Shown here piece after piece: positions 1 to 12,427 of a stretch of 64,000 nucleotides of DNA. The stretch is from assembly GCF_009914755.1 (NCBI RefSeq), contig NC_060932.1; one strand, 5' to 3'. Positions within the stretch are counted from its first letter, which is position 1. The number at the start of each line of letters is the position of its first letter. The notes beneath the pieces are model-generated. The model was not told where the DNA came from. It saw nothing but the letters and a program-made list of their open reading frames with translations, and made no database searches. Source of the DNA: the human T2T-CHM13v2.0 reference genome, Homo sapiens. The position numbers and the translations under genes were made by a program.

Positions 1-429
1 GAGGTAGATGCCTCCTGCCAGGGCTGCTTCTCCTAGATGATCTGTAGGTGAGCTATTGAATGACAGAGTGATGAACTGGAATTTTGTTGTGTCTGACCAT
101 CTCCATCCAAGGCATCAACCCTTTCCCTCTCCTCACCAGAGACTAGGGTGTGGGCTTCTAACTTCCCCAAACTTTTTCTAGAAAAGAATCCTAGAGCCCA
201 AAAAGAATCTATTCTCACGAGCCAAAATAATGAGACACAACAAACCAAGCAAAATATATCACCAGAAGCAGAAGTATTACTACAGATGGATCAAGAGTAT
301 AAAATAAGTTTAATGATATACAAAAATAAATATGAAAAAATATTAACAAAATAATTCATAAAACCCCAAGTAAAACCAGCAGCTATGAAAAGTAGATGTA
401 AATTATTAGCCAGTTGACAGAGAATTTAA

Positions 430-1190
430 ATTATTCTTATTTGTAGATATGACTCTATTTAGAAAATCCAAAAGAATCAATGAATTAATTAAACAAATAT
501 GAGGGTTCAGCAAGGTTTTCAGATATAAGATTTATCTACAAAAATTTACCATCTATAAATTATAACATTTAATAGGATTTTATAGTAATGGACAAAACCA
601 AGAACACACACGTCCTTTATAATGAATATCTTCAGACTATTACAGAACATTGAAAGAGAACTACATAAATGAAATAGACATGATGTTCATGGATGGCAAA
701 ACATAACACAATATGATGTCAGTTTGCTCTAATAAATCTATAAATTCAATTAAATAACAATAAAACCCCAACAGGATTCTTAGCATTCTTGAATCAGTAT
801 GACAAACTGATTTTGAAATTCATATGGAAGAATAAAGTTTGATCAATAGCGGAGAAAATTTTAAAAATTAGAGAAAGATAATTTGCCTTACTAGACATTA
901 AGATACATTAGAAAGTTAAAATAATAAAATTTAAGAGTGGGCTATTTGTGTTGAAAAAGACAAACATATCACTGAAAGAAGAATGGATAGACATCACATA
1001 ACAAATTAAGAGGAAACATAAGAATTTCTTAGTCCTAGATGGTATTGGAAAAACTGCCTCACTGCTTATAGAAAATCAAGGTTATCTACACATTATAAAA
1101 TGGAAAAAAATTGATTCCTAGTGAATTAAATACTTCTATATGAGATATTAAAGGAGAAACATACATATCTTTTTGACTATGGGATAGGAA
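430..1190 (+). mobile_element. Ancient L1M (L1ME-like) ORF2 fragments
   Basis: Degenerate ORF2 motifs (gatatgactctatttagaaaatccaaaagaatc, ttttgaaattcatatggaagaataaag); appears to resume at ~6095. Confidence 0.6.
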
Positions 1191-1546
1191 TTTTAAAAAA
1201 TTTTTTCTATAGGTTATGGTGGTACAGGTGGTGTTTGGTTACATGAGTAAGTTCTTTAGTGGTAATTTGTGAGATTTCGGTGCACCCATCACCCGAGCAG
1301 TGTACACTGCACCCTATTTGTAGTCTTATATCCCTCACCTCTCTCCCAACCTTCCCCCCAAGTCACCAAAGTATCATTCTTACGCCTTTGCGTCCTCATA
1401 GCTTAGCTCTCACATATCAGTGAGAACATACAATGTTTGGTTTTCCATTCCGGAGTTACTTCACGTAGAATAATAGACTCCAATCTCACCCAGGTCTCTG
1501 TAAATGCCATTAATTCATTCCTTTTTATGGCTGAGTAGTATTCCAT

Positions 1547-1676
1547 CATATATAGATATACACTATATATATACATATATATCTCTCACATCTATATATA
1601 CCACATATATACCACATATATATACACCATATATATACCACATATATATGCACCATATATATATATATACACACAT
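1547..1676. repeat. (TA)n/(CATATATA)n compound microsatellite inside the L1PB 3'UTR
   Basis: Directly visible. Confidence 0.9.
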
Positions 1677-3420
1677 CAAAGAGTTCTTTTACCGGGTTGG
1701 CTAAATTTATTCATAGCTGTATATATTTTTTAGTCTATTATAAATGGTCTAGTCTTCTTATTTCTTTCTCAGCTAGTTCTTTATGGTGTATATAAATAAA
1801 CACTACTAATTTTCATGTTTACTTTTACCCTGCAACTTTACTGAATTGGTTTGTTTCCATATAAATTTTTGAATTACTTTTCCTAATTCTGTGAAGAATG
1901 ATGGTGGTATTTTGGTGGGGATCGCATTAAATTTGTAGATTGATTTTGGCAATATGGTCATTTTCACAATATTGATTCTACCCATCCAGGAGTATAGGCT
2001 GTATTTATGTATGTTTGTGTCATCTATGATTTCTTTCAGCAGTGTTTTCTAGTTTTCCTTGTAGAGGTCTTTCGTCTCCTTGGTTAGGTGTATTCTTAAG
2101 TATTTTAATTTTTTTGTAGCTATTGTAAAAGGGGTTGAGTTCTTGATTTTATTATCCACTTGGTTGCTGTTGGTGTTTGGAAGAGCTACTGATTTTTGTA
2201 CATTAATCTTGTATCCAGAAACTTTGCAGTTCTAAGAGCTTTCTGAAGGAGTCTTTATGGTTTTCAAGGTAAACAATCATATTGTCAGCAAACAGGAACA
2301 GTTTGACTTTCTTTTTACTGATTTGGATGCCCTTTATTTTTTTCTCTTGTCTGATTGCTCTGGCTAGGACTTCCAGTACTAAGTTGAAGATGAGTGGTGA
2401 GAGTGTGGGCATCATTTTCTTGTTCCATTTCTCAGAGGAAATGCTTTCAGCTTTTCCCCATTCAGTATTATGTTGGCTGTGAGTTTGTCATAGATGGCTT
2501 TTATTACATTGAAGTATGTCCTTCGTATACCGATTTTGCTGAGAGTTTTAATAATAAAGGGATGCTGGATTTTTTTGAATGCTTTTTCTGCATCCATTGA
2601 GATTATGTAATTTTTGTTTTCAATTCTGTTAATGTGATGTATCACATTTATTGACTTGCTTATGTTAAACCATCCCTGCATCTCTGGTATGAAATCAACT
2701 TGATCATGGTGGATTATCTTTTTGATATGTTGTCAGATTTGGTTAGCTAGTATTTTGCTAAGGATTTTAGTATCTATGTTCATCAGGCATATCAGTCTGT
2801 AGTTTTCTTTTTTGGTTATGTCCTTTCCTGGTTTTGGTTATTAGGGTGATGCTGGCTTCACAGAATGAATTAGGGAGTGTTTCCTCTGTGTCTTGTGGAA
2901 TAGTGTCAAAAGGATTGGTACCAATTCTTCTTTGAATGTCTGGTAGAATTCTGCTGTGAATCTGTCTGGTCCTGGACTTTCTTTGTTGGAAATTTTAAAA
3001 TTACCATTTCATTCTCACTGTGTGTTATTGATCTGTTCAGGGTATCTGATTATTCCTGACTTAAACTAGGAGGGTTGTAGTTTTCCAGGAACTTATCCAT
3101 CTCTTCTAGGTTTTCTAGTTTATGTGCATAAACGTGTTCATAGTAGCCTTGAATGATCTCTTGTGTTTCAGTGGTGTCAGTTGTAATATCTCCTGTTTTG
3201 TTTCTTAATAAGGCTATTTGGATTTCCTCTCTTCTTTTCTTGGTTAATCTTGCTAATGGTCTATCAATTTTATTTATCTTTTCAAAGAGCCAGCTTTTTG
3301 TTTCATGTATCCTTTGTATTTTTGTGTTGTTGTTGTTTGTTTCAATTTCATTTAGTTCTGCTCTGATCTTGGTTATTTCCTTTCTTCTGCTTAGTTTGGG
3401 TTTGGTTTATTCTTATTTCT

Positions 3421-3490
3421 CACCTATGAGTGAGTATATGCGGTGTTTGGTTTTTTGTTCTTGCAATAGTTTACTGAGAATGATGATTTC
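3421..3490 (-). mobile_element. 70-bp internal fragment of a young L1PA2-4 3'UTR inserted in L1PB ORF2
   Basis: cacctatgagtgagtatatgcggtgtttggttttttgttcttgcaatagtttactgagaatgatgatttc matches the young L1PA 3'UTR; L1PB ORF2 continues on both sides. Confidence 0.85.
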
Positions 3491-6002
3491 CTACTTCCTT
3501 GAGGTGTGAACTTAGAATGTCAGTTTGTGTTCTTTCAGTCTTTTCCATGTAGGTGTTTAGGGCTATGAACTTTCCTCTTAGCACCACCTTTGCTGTATCC
3601 CAGAGGTTTTGATAGGTTGTATAATTATTGTCATTAAGTTCAAAGAATTTTTTAATTTCCATCTTGTTTTCATTTTTGACCCAATGCTCATTCAGGACCA
3701 GGTTATTTAATTTCCATGTATTTGTATGGTTTTGAAGGTTCCTTTTGGAGTTCATTTCCAGTTTTATTCCACTGTGGTCTGAGAGAATGCCTGATATAAT
3801 TTCAATTTTCTTAAATTTATTGAGCCTTGTTTATGGCCTATCATATGGTCTACCTTGGAGAACATTCCATGCACTGTTGAATAGAATGTGTATTCTGTGG
3901 TTGTTGCATGAAATGTTCTGTATATATCTGTTAAGTCCATTTGTTCCAGGCTATAGTTTAAATCCATTGTTTCTTTGTTGACTTTCTGTCTTGATGACCT
4001 GACTAGTGCTGTCAGTGGAGTATTGAAGTTGCCCACTGTTATTGTGTTGCTGTCTATCTCATTTCTTAGGTCTATTAGTAATTGTTTTATAAATTTCAGA
4101 GCTCCAGTGTTAGGTGCATATATGTCTAGGATTGTGATATTTTCCTGTTGGACAAGGTCTTTTACCATTATATAATGTCCCTCTTTGTCTCTTTTAACTG
4201 CTGCTGCTTTAAGGTTTGTTTTGTCTGATATAAGAATAGCTACCCCTCCTGGCTTTTGGTGTTTATTTGCATGAAATGCCTTTTTCTATCCCTTTACTTT
4301 AGGTTTATGTGTGTCCTTATGTGTTAGGTGAGTCTCCTGAAGGCAGCAGATAGTTGGTTGGTGAATTCTTATCCATTCTGCAGTTCTGTATCTTTTAAGT
4401 GGAGCATTTAGACCATTTACATCCAACGTTAATATTGAGATGTGAGGTACCATTGCATTAATCATGCTATTTGTTGCCTGTGTACCTTGTTTTTTGTTTT
4501 TGTTTTTGTTTTTTAAATTGTATTTTTGTTTTATAGATCCTGGGTGATTTATGCTTTAAAGAGGTTCTGTTTAATGTGTTTCCAGGATTTGTTTCAATAT
4601 TTAGAGCTCCTTTTAGCAGTTCTTGTGGTGGTGGCTTGGCACTGGTGAATTCTCTCGGCATTTTTTGTCTGAAAGAGACTATCTTTCCTTCATATATGAT
4701 GGGCTACAAAATTCTTGGCTGATAATTGTTTCGTTTGAGGAGGCTGAAGATGGGGCCCCAATCCCTTCTAGCTTGTAGGGTTACTGCTGAGAAATCTGCT
4801 GTTAATCTGATAGATTTCCCTTTATAGGTTACCTGGTACTTTAGTCTCACAGCTCTTAAGGTTCTTTCCTTCATCTGAACTTTAGATAACCTGATGACAG
4901 TGTGCCTAGGCAATGATCTTTTGGCGATGAATTTCCCAGGTGTTCTTTGTGCTTCTTGTATTTGGATGTCTAGGTCTCTAGCAAGGCTGGGAAAGATTTC
5001 CTCAATTGTTCCCGCAAATATGTTTCAAAAACTTTCAGATTTCTCTTCTTCCTCAGCAACCCCAGTTATTCTTAGGTTTGGTCGTTTAACATAATCCCAG
5101 ACTGCTTGGAGGCTTTGTTCATATTTTCTTATTCTTCTTTCTTTGTCTTTGTTGGATTGGGTTAATTCAAAGACCTTGTCTTCAAGCTCTGAATTTCTTT
5201 CTTCTGCTTGTTCAGTTCTATTGCTGAGACTTTCCAGAGCATTTTGCATTTCTATAAGTGTGTCCAATGTTTCCTGAAATTTTGTTTTTTCTTTATGCTA
5301 TCTATTTCCTTGAATATTTCTCCCTTTACTTCTTGTATTATTTTTTAAATTTCCTTGCATTTGGCTTTACCTTTCTCTGGTGCCTCCCTGATTAGCTTAA
5401 TAACTAACCTCCTGAATTCCTTTTCAGGTAAATCGAGGATTTCTTCTTGGTTTGGCTCCCTAGTGAGCTAGTGTGATTTTTAGGGGTGTTGAAGAGCTTT
5501 GTGTTGTCGTATTACCAGAGTTGGGTTTTTTGGTTCCTTCTCATTTGGGTAGGTTCTGTCAGAGGGAAGGTCTAGGGCTGAAAGCTATGGTTCAGATTAT
5601 TTTGTCCTATTCAGTGTTCCCTTGATGTAGTACTCTCTCCCTTTTGCTATGGATGTGGCTTCCTGAAAGCTGAGCTGCAGTGATTGTTATCCCTCTTCTG
5701 GGTCTAGCCATCCAGCGTGTCTTCCAGGCTCTGGGCTGGTACTGGGGCTTGTCTGCACAGAGTGCTGTGATGTGAACCATCTATGAGTCTCTTAGCCATA
5801 GATGCCAGCACATCTCCCAGGTCCTGCAGAATCAGTCTGTTTCCTTCAGAGGGTCTGTGGGTCCTCTTGGGATTCCTGTTTTGTTCTTGCAGTCATTCTA
5901 GAGCTAAAATTCATGATTTGAGCCTCTGCACACTGTTCTGTCAGCCTGGGTTGGAGCTGCAATCTAGTCCTGCCTCCTGTCAGCCATGATGATCTATTCT
6001 AG

Positions 6003-6093
6003 ATTCTAGAGGCTGACCACATTCCTTGGCTTGTAGAATTTTCAAAACCAGCAAAAGCCAGTGAAGTCTTTCTCACATTGCATCACTCTGATT
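6003..6093 (-). mobile_element. MLT1 (MaLR LTR) fragment
   Basis: ttctagaggctgaccacattccttggct...tctcacattgcatcactctga resembles MLT1D/E. Confidence 0.55.
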
Positions 6094-6094
6094 C

Positions 6095-6960
6095 TAGGAA
6101 ATGGTTTTTAATCAAAACTTAAAAATTAAAAATTAACAGAGGTAAATGTATTAAAGCTTCTCAAAATTAATGACTTTAATTGAATAACTTGTATTATAGA
6201 TTAATTCAAAAATCAGGAACAAACCCCAAAGCAGTAGTTAATACAATGTGTAAAGTTACAGGCATTAATATATAAAATATCCATGGTACTTCTCCAGATC
6301 ATCAAGAAAAATACATGAAGCCCATTAACAAAAACTACGGTCAAACTGGTAGATTCTAAATGGACAGCTTTCTTATAAATGAGGAAGTGAACAACTTTTC
6401 TAGTAACCAGAGGAAGGAGGACGGGGTTAGGGAACATCAGTGATATTACAAATTTTAGCTATCAGGTTTGAAGAAATAAAGACAAACCTTATGAAGGGCT
6501 ATTGAAAACCTGAGCTAGTAAGAGCCCTCAAAATCTGGTGGTTGGAGTACAAATCGGCACAGAAATTTTGAAGAACAGTCTGCCAGTATTTCATAAAAGT
6601 CAGTATTTTACATCCTAAATGTAGCTAAACCTATCCTAGGTATATATCCACAAAAATGTTCACATAAGTACATACAAGGATTTGTATTACAGTGACTGGA
6701 TTTAATAACAAGAGTTTGGAGATCACTTGGTTGGCTAAATAAAATGTAAAATGTGCATGGTATGTGCATATAATAGAATAATTTTCAGCAATCGGAGTTA
6801 ATGAACTATCCTCAAATGTAGTGATGTGGATGCCTTGTAGAAACATAGTATTAAATGAGAAGTTAGATTAAAATTATTTCAAAACTCTTCTTCTGTACAT
6901 TTAAACACTCAGCCAAACAATATAAGTTACAAGGATACATACAAACCTAAATAAATGCTT
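6095..6960 (+). mobile_element. Ancient L1ME 3' region
   Basis: Degenerate ORF2 end/3'UTR motifs (ctggtggttggagtacaaatcggcacag, cctaggtatatatccacaaaaatg). Confidence 0.6.
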
Positions 6961-7384
6961 AGGTAGGTGTCTATGGGGTAAAGGGGATGGGAGTAGAGAT
7001 AAGGGATTAAGAAGAAATAATAAACCAGATAAAAAGTTTGGCTTTGGATTAACAAAATTACAGTGTTTTACAAACTTGGAATACGATTAATTCAAATCTG
7101 TGCATCTAAGTTCCAAAAAGTAAAATAAAATCAGTGAAGTGAGAGAAAAAGTTGAGAAATTTCATGATTGAAGAAAAACATATAAAGGACTTAATATAAT
7201 AGATTTTGAAGATAAAAAGTAGGTATGTGCAGGGAAGAAACTTTAACAGTTTTATTAGAAAAAATTAATAAAGACATAATTGAAATAAATTCTTCTCATT
7301 GGAAAATAAAATCCTAAATAAATAAAGGAAAAGAGTTGTCATATTCCAGGAAACAACGGGAAAAGTAGTCTATTATATACAGAT

Positions 7385-7875
7385 GTGTTAGAAAATAGCT
7401 CAAAAATTAGGAGCTGAAAACAAGAAACATTTATTATATTTCAGTTTCTGTGGTTCAGGAATCTTAGCATAACTTTCACTGGGTGCCTCTGGCTCAAGAT
7501 GTCTTGTGTGGTCTGGGGTCAATTGCAGTCATGTCCAGGTATGACTAGAGCTGTACAATCTACTTCTAAGCCCACCCATGTGGTTGATGGCAACGTAGAC
7601 CTCTCCACAGGGATCCCTCACAACTTGACAGCTGATTTCCTGCCAGGTGCATGAAGCAAGAGAAAATGAGCGAGTGAGAGCACTCTAGATGAAAGTCACA
7701 GTGTTTTTAAAGTCATATATTACATGTAACATCCCATCATATCTATCATATTTATTTGTTATAAGCAAGTCAATAAATGCAGACAATACTCAAAAGGAGG
7801 AACTTCTACAAGGGCATGAATATGAAGAGGATAAAGAGGCAACATTATTAGGAGTCATTTTAGCATGCTTACAGA
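7385..7875 (-). mobile_element. MLT1 (F/G/H-like) solo LTR, within HAL1/L1M-like sequence
   Basis: aaacatttattat..cagtttctgtggttcaggaatc..ctgggtgcctctggctcaag; aagggcatgaatat. Confidence 0.7.
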
Positions 7876-9324
7876 GATTTTTTTTATTCAAAAATATTAT
7901 TGAGGTTTTTACATGTGCTAAACACTTTGTTACCCAAAAATATTAGAATTTTTAAGTTAAATAATACTATAAGATTCTATTCAGGAAAAAAAATGGATAA
8001 ATGATAACTACAAAGAGAATTACTGGCTTAAACGTCACTGTGACACCAAATGACAGAGAACAGAATTTTCAGACTGAAACATTAATTCCCCATAAACACA
8101 CTTCACTGTCAGTCAAGACATCTTGGTTGTGAAAGTGACAAAAAGACATTCTCATATATATATACACACAAAAAAAATCACCTGTAATCTTTAACATACA
8201 ACTTGAAGATATATTCCAGCAAAACAAGATAATAAAAATTATCAGTACACAGATATGTAAGAAAGTTGTGATATGTAAAGAATTGACACTCATTCCTGTC
8301 TTCTCAGAATATATCCTTGGTAAATAATCCAAGAAATTCATATGTTTTATGGGTAACACTGTTATTATGTTAGCCAACAAACAAGCAGAAAATAGATATT
8401 AAAGGGCTATAAAAACATTAAAATGACCACAAATTATATTGACATTGAAAGTTATTTTCATGAAGTGCAATTTTTTTGATACAGAAAATATTTATGATTG
8501 AATCTTAGGTAAGATTAGATAAAATTTACATATACATTATAAGTTTTTAAATAATATCAGTGACATTTCATTAAAAATATTGCAGGAAAATATATCAAAG
8601 CATTTGGTTACATATCCTTATAACTTTAAATAATGATGAGTATTTTAAATTTTTTCTTTATCGTTTTCATACTTTTCTACAGTAAGAGTTTTATAATTAA
8701 TTATAATAAACTGTTATTAAAAACTGGATAAAATGATATTAGGAAGACACCTAAGGAGAATCTATACCAAAAAATGTAGAAATCTATAAATATCTGTCAC
8801 TCTGAAGATTAAGTTTGAATGGGAGGCATCCTTTTTTTAAAAAAAACTATACTGAAGCCTGACCCCCTGAACACAGGCCATGCTAGAATCATAAATGAAT
8901 GTAATTGGCACACTGAGGTAGTATTTATTGTCAGTAGACAATAACTTTATAGACCATAAATGTTTATAGACAATAAAAACATAGACTATAATTGGGTAAT
9001 GTTGTATCACCTTACTTGTATCCTTGGAATCCAGTACAATGCTTGGTTTATTTTTGTGCTTGGTTTATATGAAAAGGATAGAAGGAAATGGAGAGAGAGG
9101 GAGAAGAAAAGATGAAAAGATAAAAGAGAGAGAGGAAAGAAGTAAGGGAGGGAAGGAAGGAGGGAGGGATAGAAAGAAAGAGTTTGAATCATATAGGGCA
9201 ACAATGGGGATACTCACAAGTCAAGATGAACAACAACAACAAAAATTGTCTTCAACCAGAAATTATTTCTATTTAATAAGTAGTCACTGCACATCTTACC
9301 AGAACAAAATATGAGTTCTTCATT

Positions 9325-9500
9325 TCTAGATTCACTTTCATTTATGCATTCATAAAATATTTTCCAAGAGCCTATTATGTAGGGTAGGCACTGAGGTAAA
9401 ATGGGAAACAAGATGGATGCTATTCCTTGTCTCAAGGAGTTTAACATATCATTTGGTTACTTGGACTAAAGATGCAGAACACAAAAATATAAGCAAATCC
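9325..9500 (-). mobile_element. L2 3' end fragment
   Basis: catttatgcattcataaaatattt..gagcctattatgt..ggcactg..ccttgtctcaaggagttta. Confidence 0.65.
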
Positions 9501-9504
9501 ATAG

Positions 9505-9993
<489 letters not shown>

Positions 9994-10509
9994 TTAAATT
10001 TTATATTGTATGTCTTGGTGAAGATGCCTAAGTAAGAAAGACATTACACACTACAGAGACAGTGGTAATATTTTGTTTTCTTCCAGAAAGAAAGGTCTTC
10101 CAGATGGTCCTCTCTCAAATCCTGTCAAACCTGTCAAAACGGCTATTTTCTGATAGGGAAAAGTAAGAACTCCAGAGCCTAATACATGAGACATAATCAT
10201 AACCAGAAAATTCTGAAATGGTTTAGCCTATAGGTCAGAAGCCAACAATAGCAAATAAAAAATAGTGATAAAAGTATCAACAAGAAAGAAAATAAAGCTA
10301 GTGATGATAAAAAAAAATACTGCAAGAAAAGAAAATAAATGAAAAATCGCAGAAATCCATACCATAAATTAAAAAGTGTGTAGAGAAATACATTTTTTTT
10401 ATTTAAGAAAATATATTGAGCATCTATCCTACGAGAGGAACTATACTACATCAGGTATTTGTAGTAATAGTGACAATACCATAAAATAATAATAAATAGG
10501 ATAATATTG

Positions 10510-10680
10510 GTAAATTGATTAAATTAATTTGGATAAGATATTGCCAAGTGCTTTATTATAGGTAACTTCATTTACTTTTCATTACAATTCTATAAAAATT
10601 TAAAAAACAATCTCCATTTTAAAGATGAAAAAATGGACTTTCAAACTCAAATGTCCAGACTTTTGGCCACTCTGTGTTAT
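10510..10680 (-). mobile_element. MIR fragment
   Basis: MIR core tctccattttaaagatgaaaaaatgga. Confidence 0.6.
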
Positions 10681-10789
10681 GTACAGTACACACACAACAA
10701 ATAAAATTGGGCATTGGATCCATTTTATAGAATATTTAAATTTTTTTGGCAGCATAAAAACAGGGAGACAATAAGTAAAACAAAGTTTG

Positions 10790-10955
10790 TAGTCACACAA
10801 GTATAATTTTAACTTTTGTTCTAGCATTTAGCAGCTGTGTGAGATAAAACCAGTTGTTTAACATATCTGAGTACATTTATTCACCAGTAAAATATGCAAA
10901 AATAAATGTGCCATATAAGGATGTTTTTCAAATTAAATGACTAACATGTTCTGTA
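10790..10955 (+). mobile_element. MIR fragment
   Basis: tagcagctgtgtga..agttgtttaacatatctgagtacattt..cagtaaaat. Confidence 0.6.
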
Positions 10956-11478
10956 AAATATATAGGTATGTTGGACTTCATTAAATTTAAAAACTTCTGC
11001 TCTGTGAAGACACTATTAAGAGAATGAAAAGACAAGCCACAGACTGGGAAAAATATTTGCAAAACACATGTCTGAAAAACAACTTGTATCCATAATATAA
11101 AAAAAAACTTTTAATAGTCAATAAACAACCCCATTTTAAAGCAAGCAAAAGATATGACTGGCAGCTGACCAAAGATGATATAGATAGAAAATAGCCACAT
11201 GAAAAAAAGTTCAACATCATTTATCACAAAGGGATTAAAACAACATGAGATACCATTACACACCTATCACGATGACTAAAATTTAAAAAGCTGAAAATGC
11301 CAAATTCTGGAGAAGATATAGAGAAAGGGGAACTCTAATTGTATAACTATATTACAAATGTTTCAAACAACCTCACTGAAGAGGATGGAAGAAAAGGTGC
11401 TGGCTGAAGTAACTTTGTAAATAACTGCATATAAGCACTGTACTCCAGTGGATAAAGTTGCTTCTTATGAGGGTACAA

Positions 11479-11795
11479 TTTTCTCTCTTTCTTTTTTGTG
11501 TGTTGTTGTTGTTGAGACAAGAGTCTTGCTCTTGTCACCCAAGCTGGAGTGCAATGGTGCGATCTTGGCTCACTGCAACCTCCACCACTCGGGTTCAAGC
11601 TTCTCCTGCCTCAGCCTCCTGAGTAGCTGGAATTACAGGAGCCCGCCACCACGCCCTGCTAACTTCTATACTTTTAGTTGAGATGGGGTTTCACCGTGTT
11701 GACCAGGCTGGTCTCGAACTCCTGACTTCAGGTGATCTGCCCGCCTTGGCCTCCCAAAGTGCTGGGATTATAGGCGTGAGCCACCGCGCCCGGCC
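11479..11795 (-). mobile_element. AluS (Sq/Sp-like)
   Basis: Full dimer; TSD atgagggtacaa at 11467 and 11796. Confidence 0.93.
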
Positions 11796-12048
11796 ATGAG
11801 GGTACAAATTTCATACTGATTTGTATGTACACTGGAATGGAACAATGACATAAATAGAAGGTAGGTGGTGGAAGCCTGGATTCTCATCGTTGGAGTGGGA
11901 ATTTACAGATAAGCAAAAACAGGAGGCTAGAATAAACTATGTGGTAATGAGTTAAGAGATGGAGACATCAATAAGAACTTATATTTAACTTGATATAGAT
12001 ACAGATAGTTACCTATAGAAATATTTCTAGATATTTGGGTACACGTGA

Positions 12049-12427
12049 TATATTAGTCCATTTTCATACTGCTATAAAGAACTGTCTGAGACTGGATAAT
12101 TTAAAAAGGAAAGTGGTTTAATTGACTCACAGTTCAGCATGGCTTCGGAAGCCTCAGGAAACTTACAATCATGGCGGAAGGTGAAGGGGAAGCAAGGCAC
12201 CTTCTTCACAAAGCAGCGGGAAGGAGAAGTGCCAGGCAAAAGGGAAAGAGTCCCTTATAAAGCCTTCAGGTCTCCTGAGTACTCACTCACTGTCATGAGA
12301 ACAGCATGGGGAAAACCACTCCCATGATTCAAGTACCTCCACCTGGTCTCTCCCTTGACAGGTGAGAATTATGGGGATTATAATTCAAGGTGAGATTTCG
12401 GTGAGGACACAAAGCCTAACCATTTCA
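12049..12427 (-). mobile_element. THE1 (C/D-like) solo LTR
   Basis: tattagtccattttcatactgctataaagaac...gacacaaagcctaaccatttca; 5-bp TSD cgtga/catga. Confidence 0.92.

Larger units (their letters stand above)
1201..5995 (-). mobile_element. L1PB-family LINE-1 with both ends present but internally deleted; ORF1/ORF2 inactivated
   Basis: L1PB-type 3'UTR at 1201-1690 (tacaggtggtgtttggttacatgagtaagttctttagtgg). Minus-strand ORF2 RT/EN peptides ([28 protein letters not shown]) and ORF1 peptides (WDYVKRPNLRI). L1PB 5' end (gagctgcaatctagtcctgcctcc) near 5955-5990. Confidence 0.9.

Noticed and set aside
8935-8992. Four degenerate tagacaataa units
   Set aside because: Short AT-rich decayed tandem repeat with no unique spacers; not CRISPR-like
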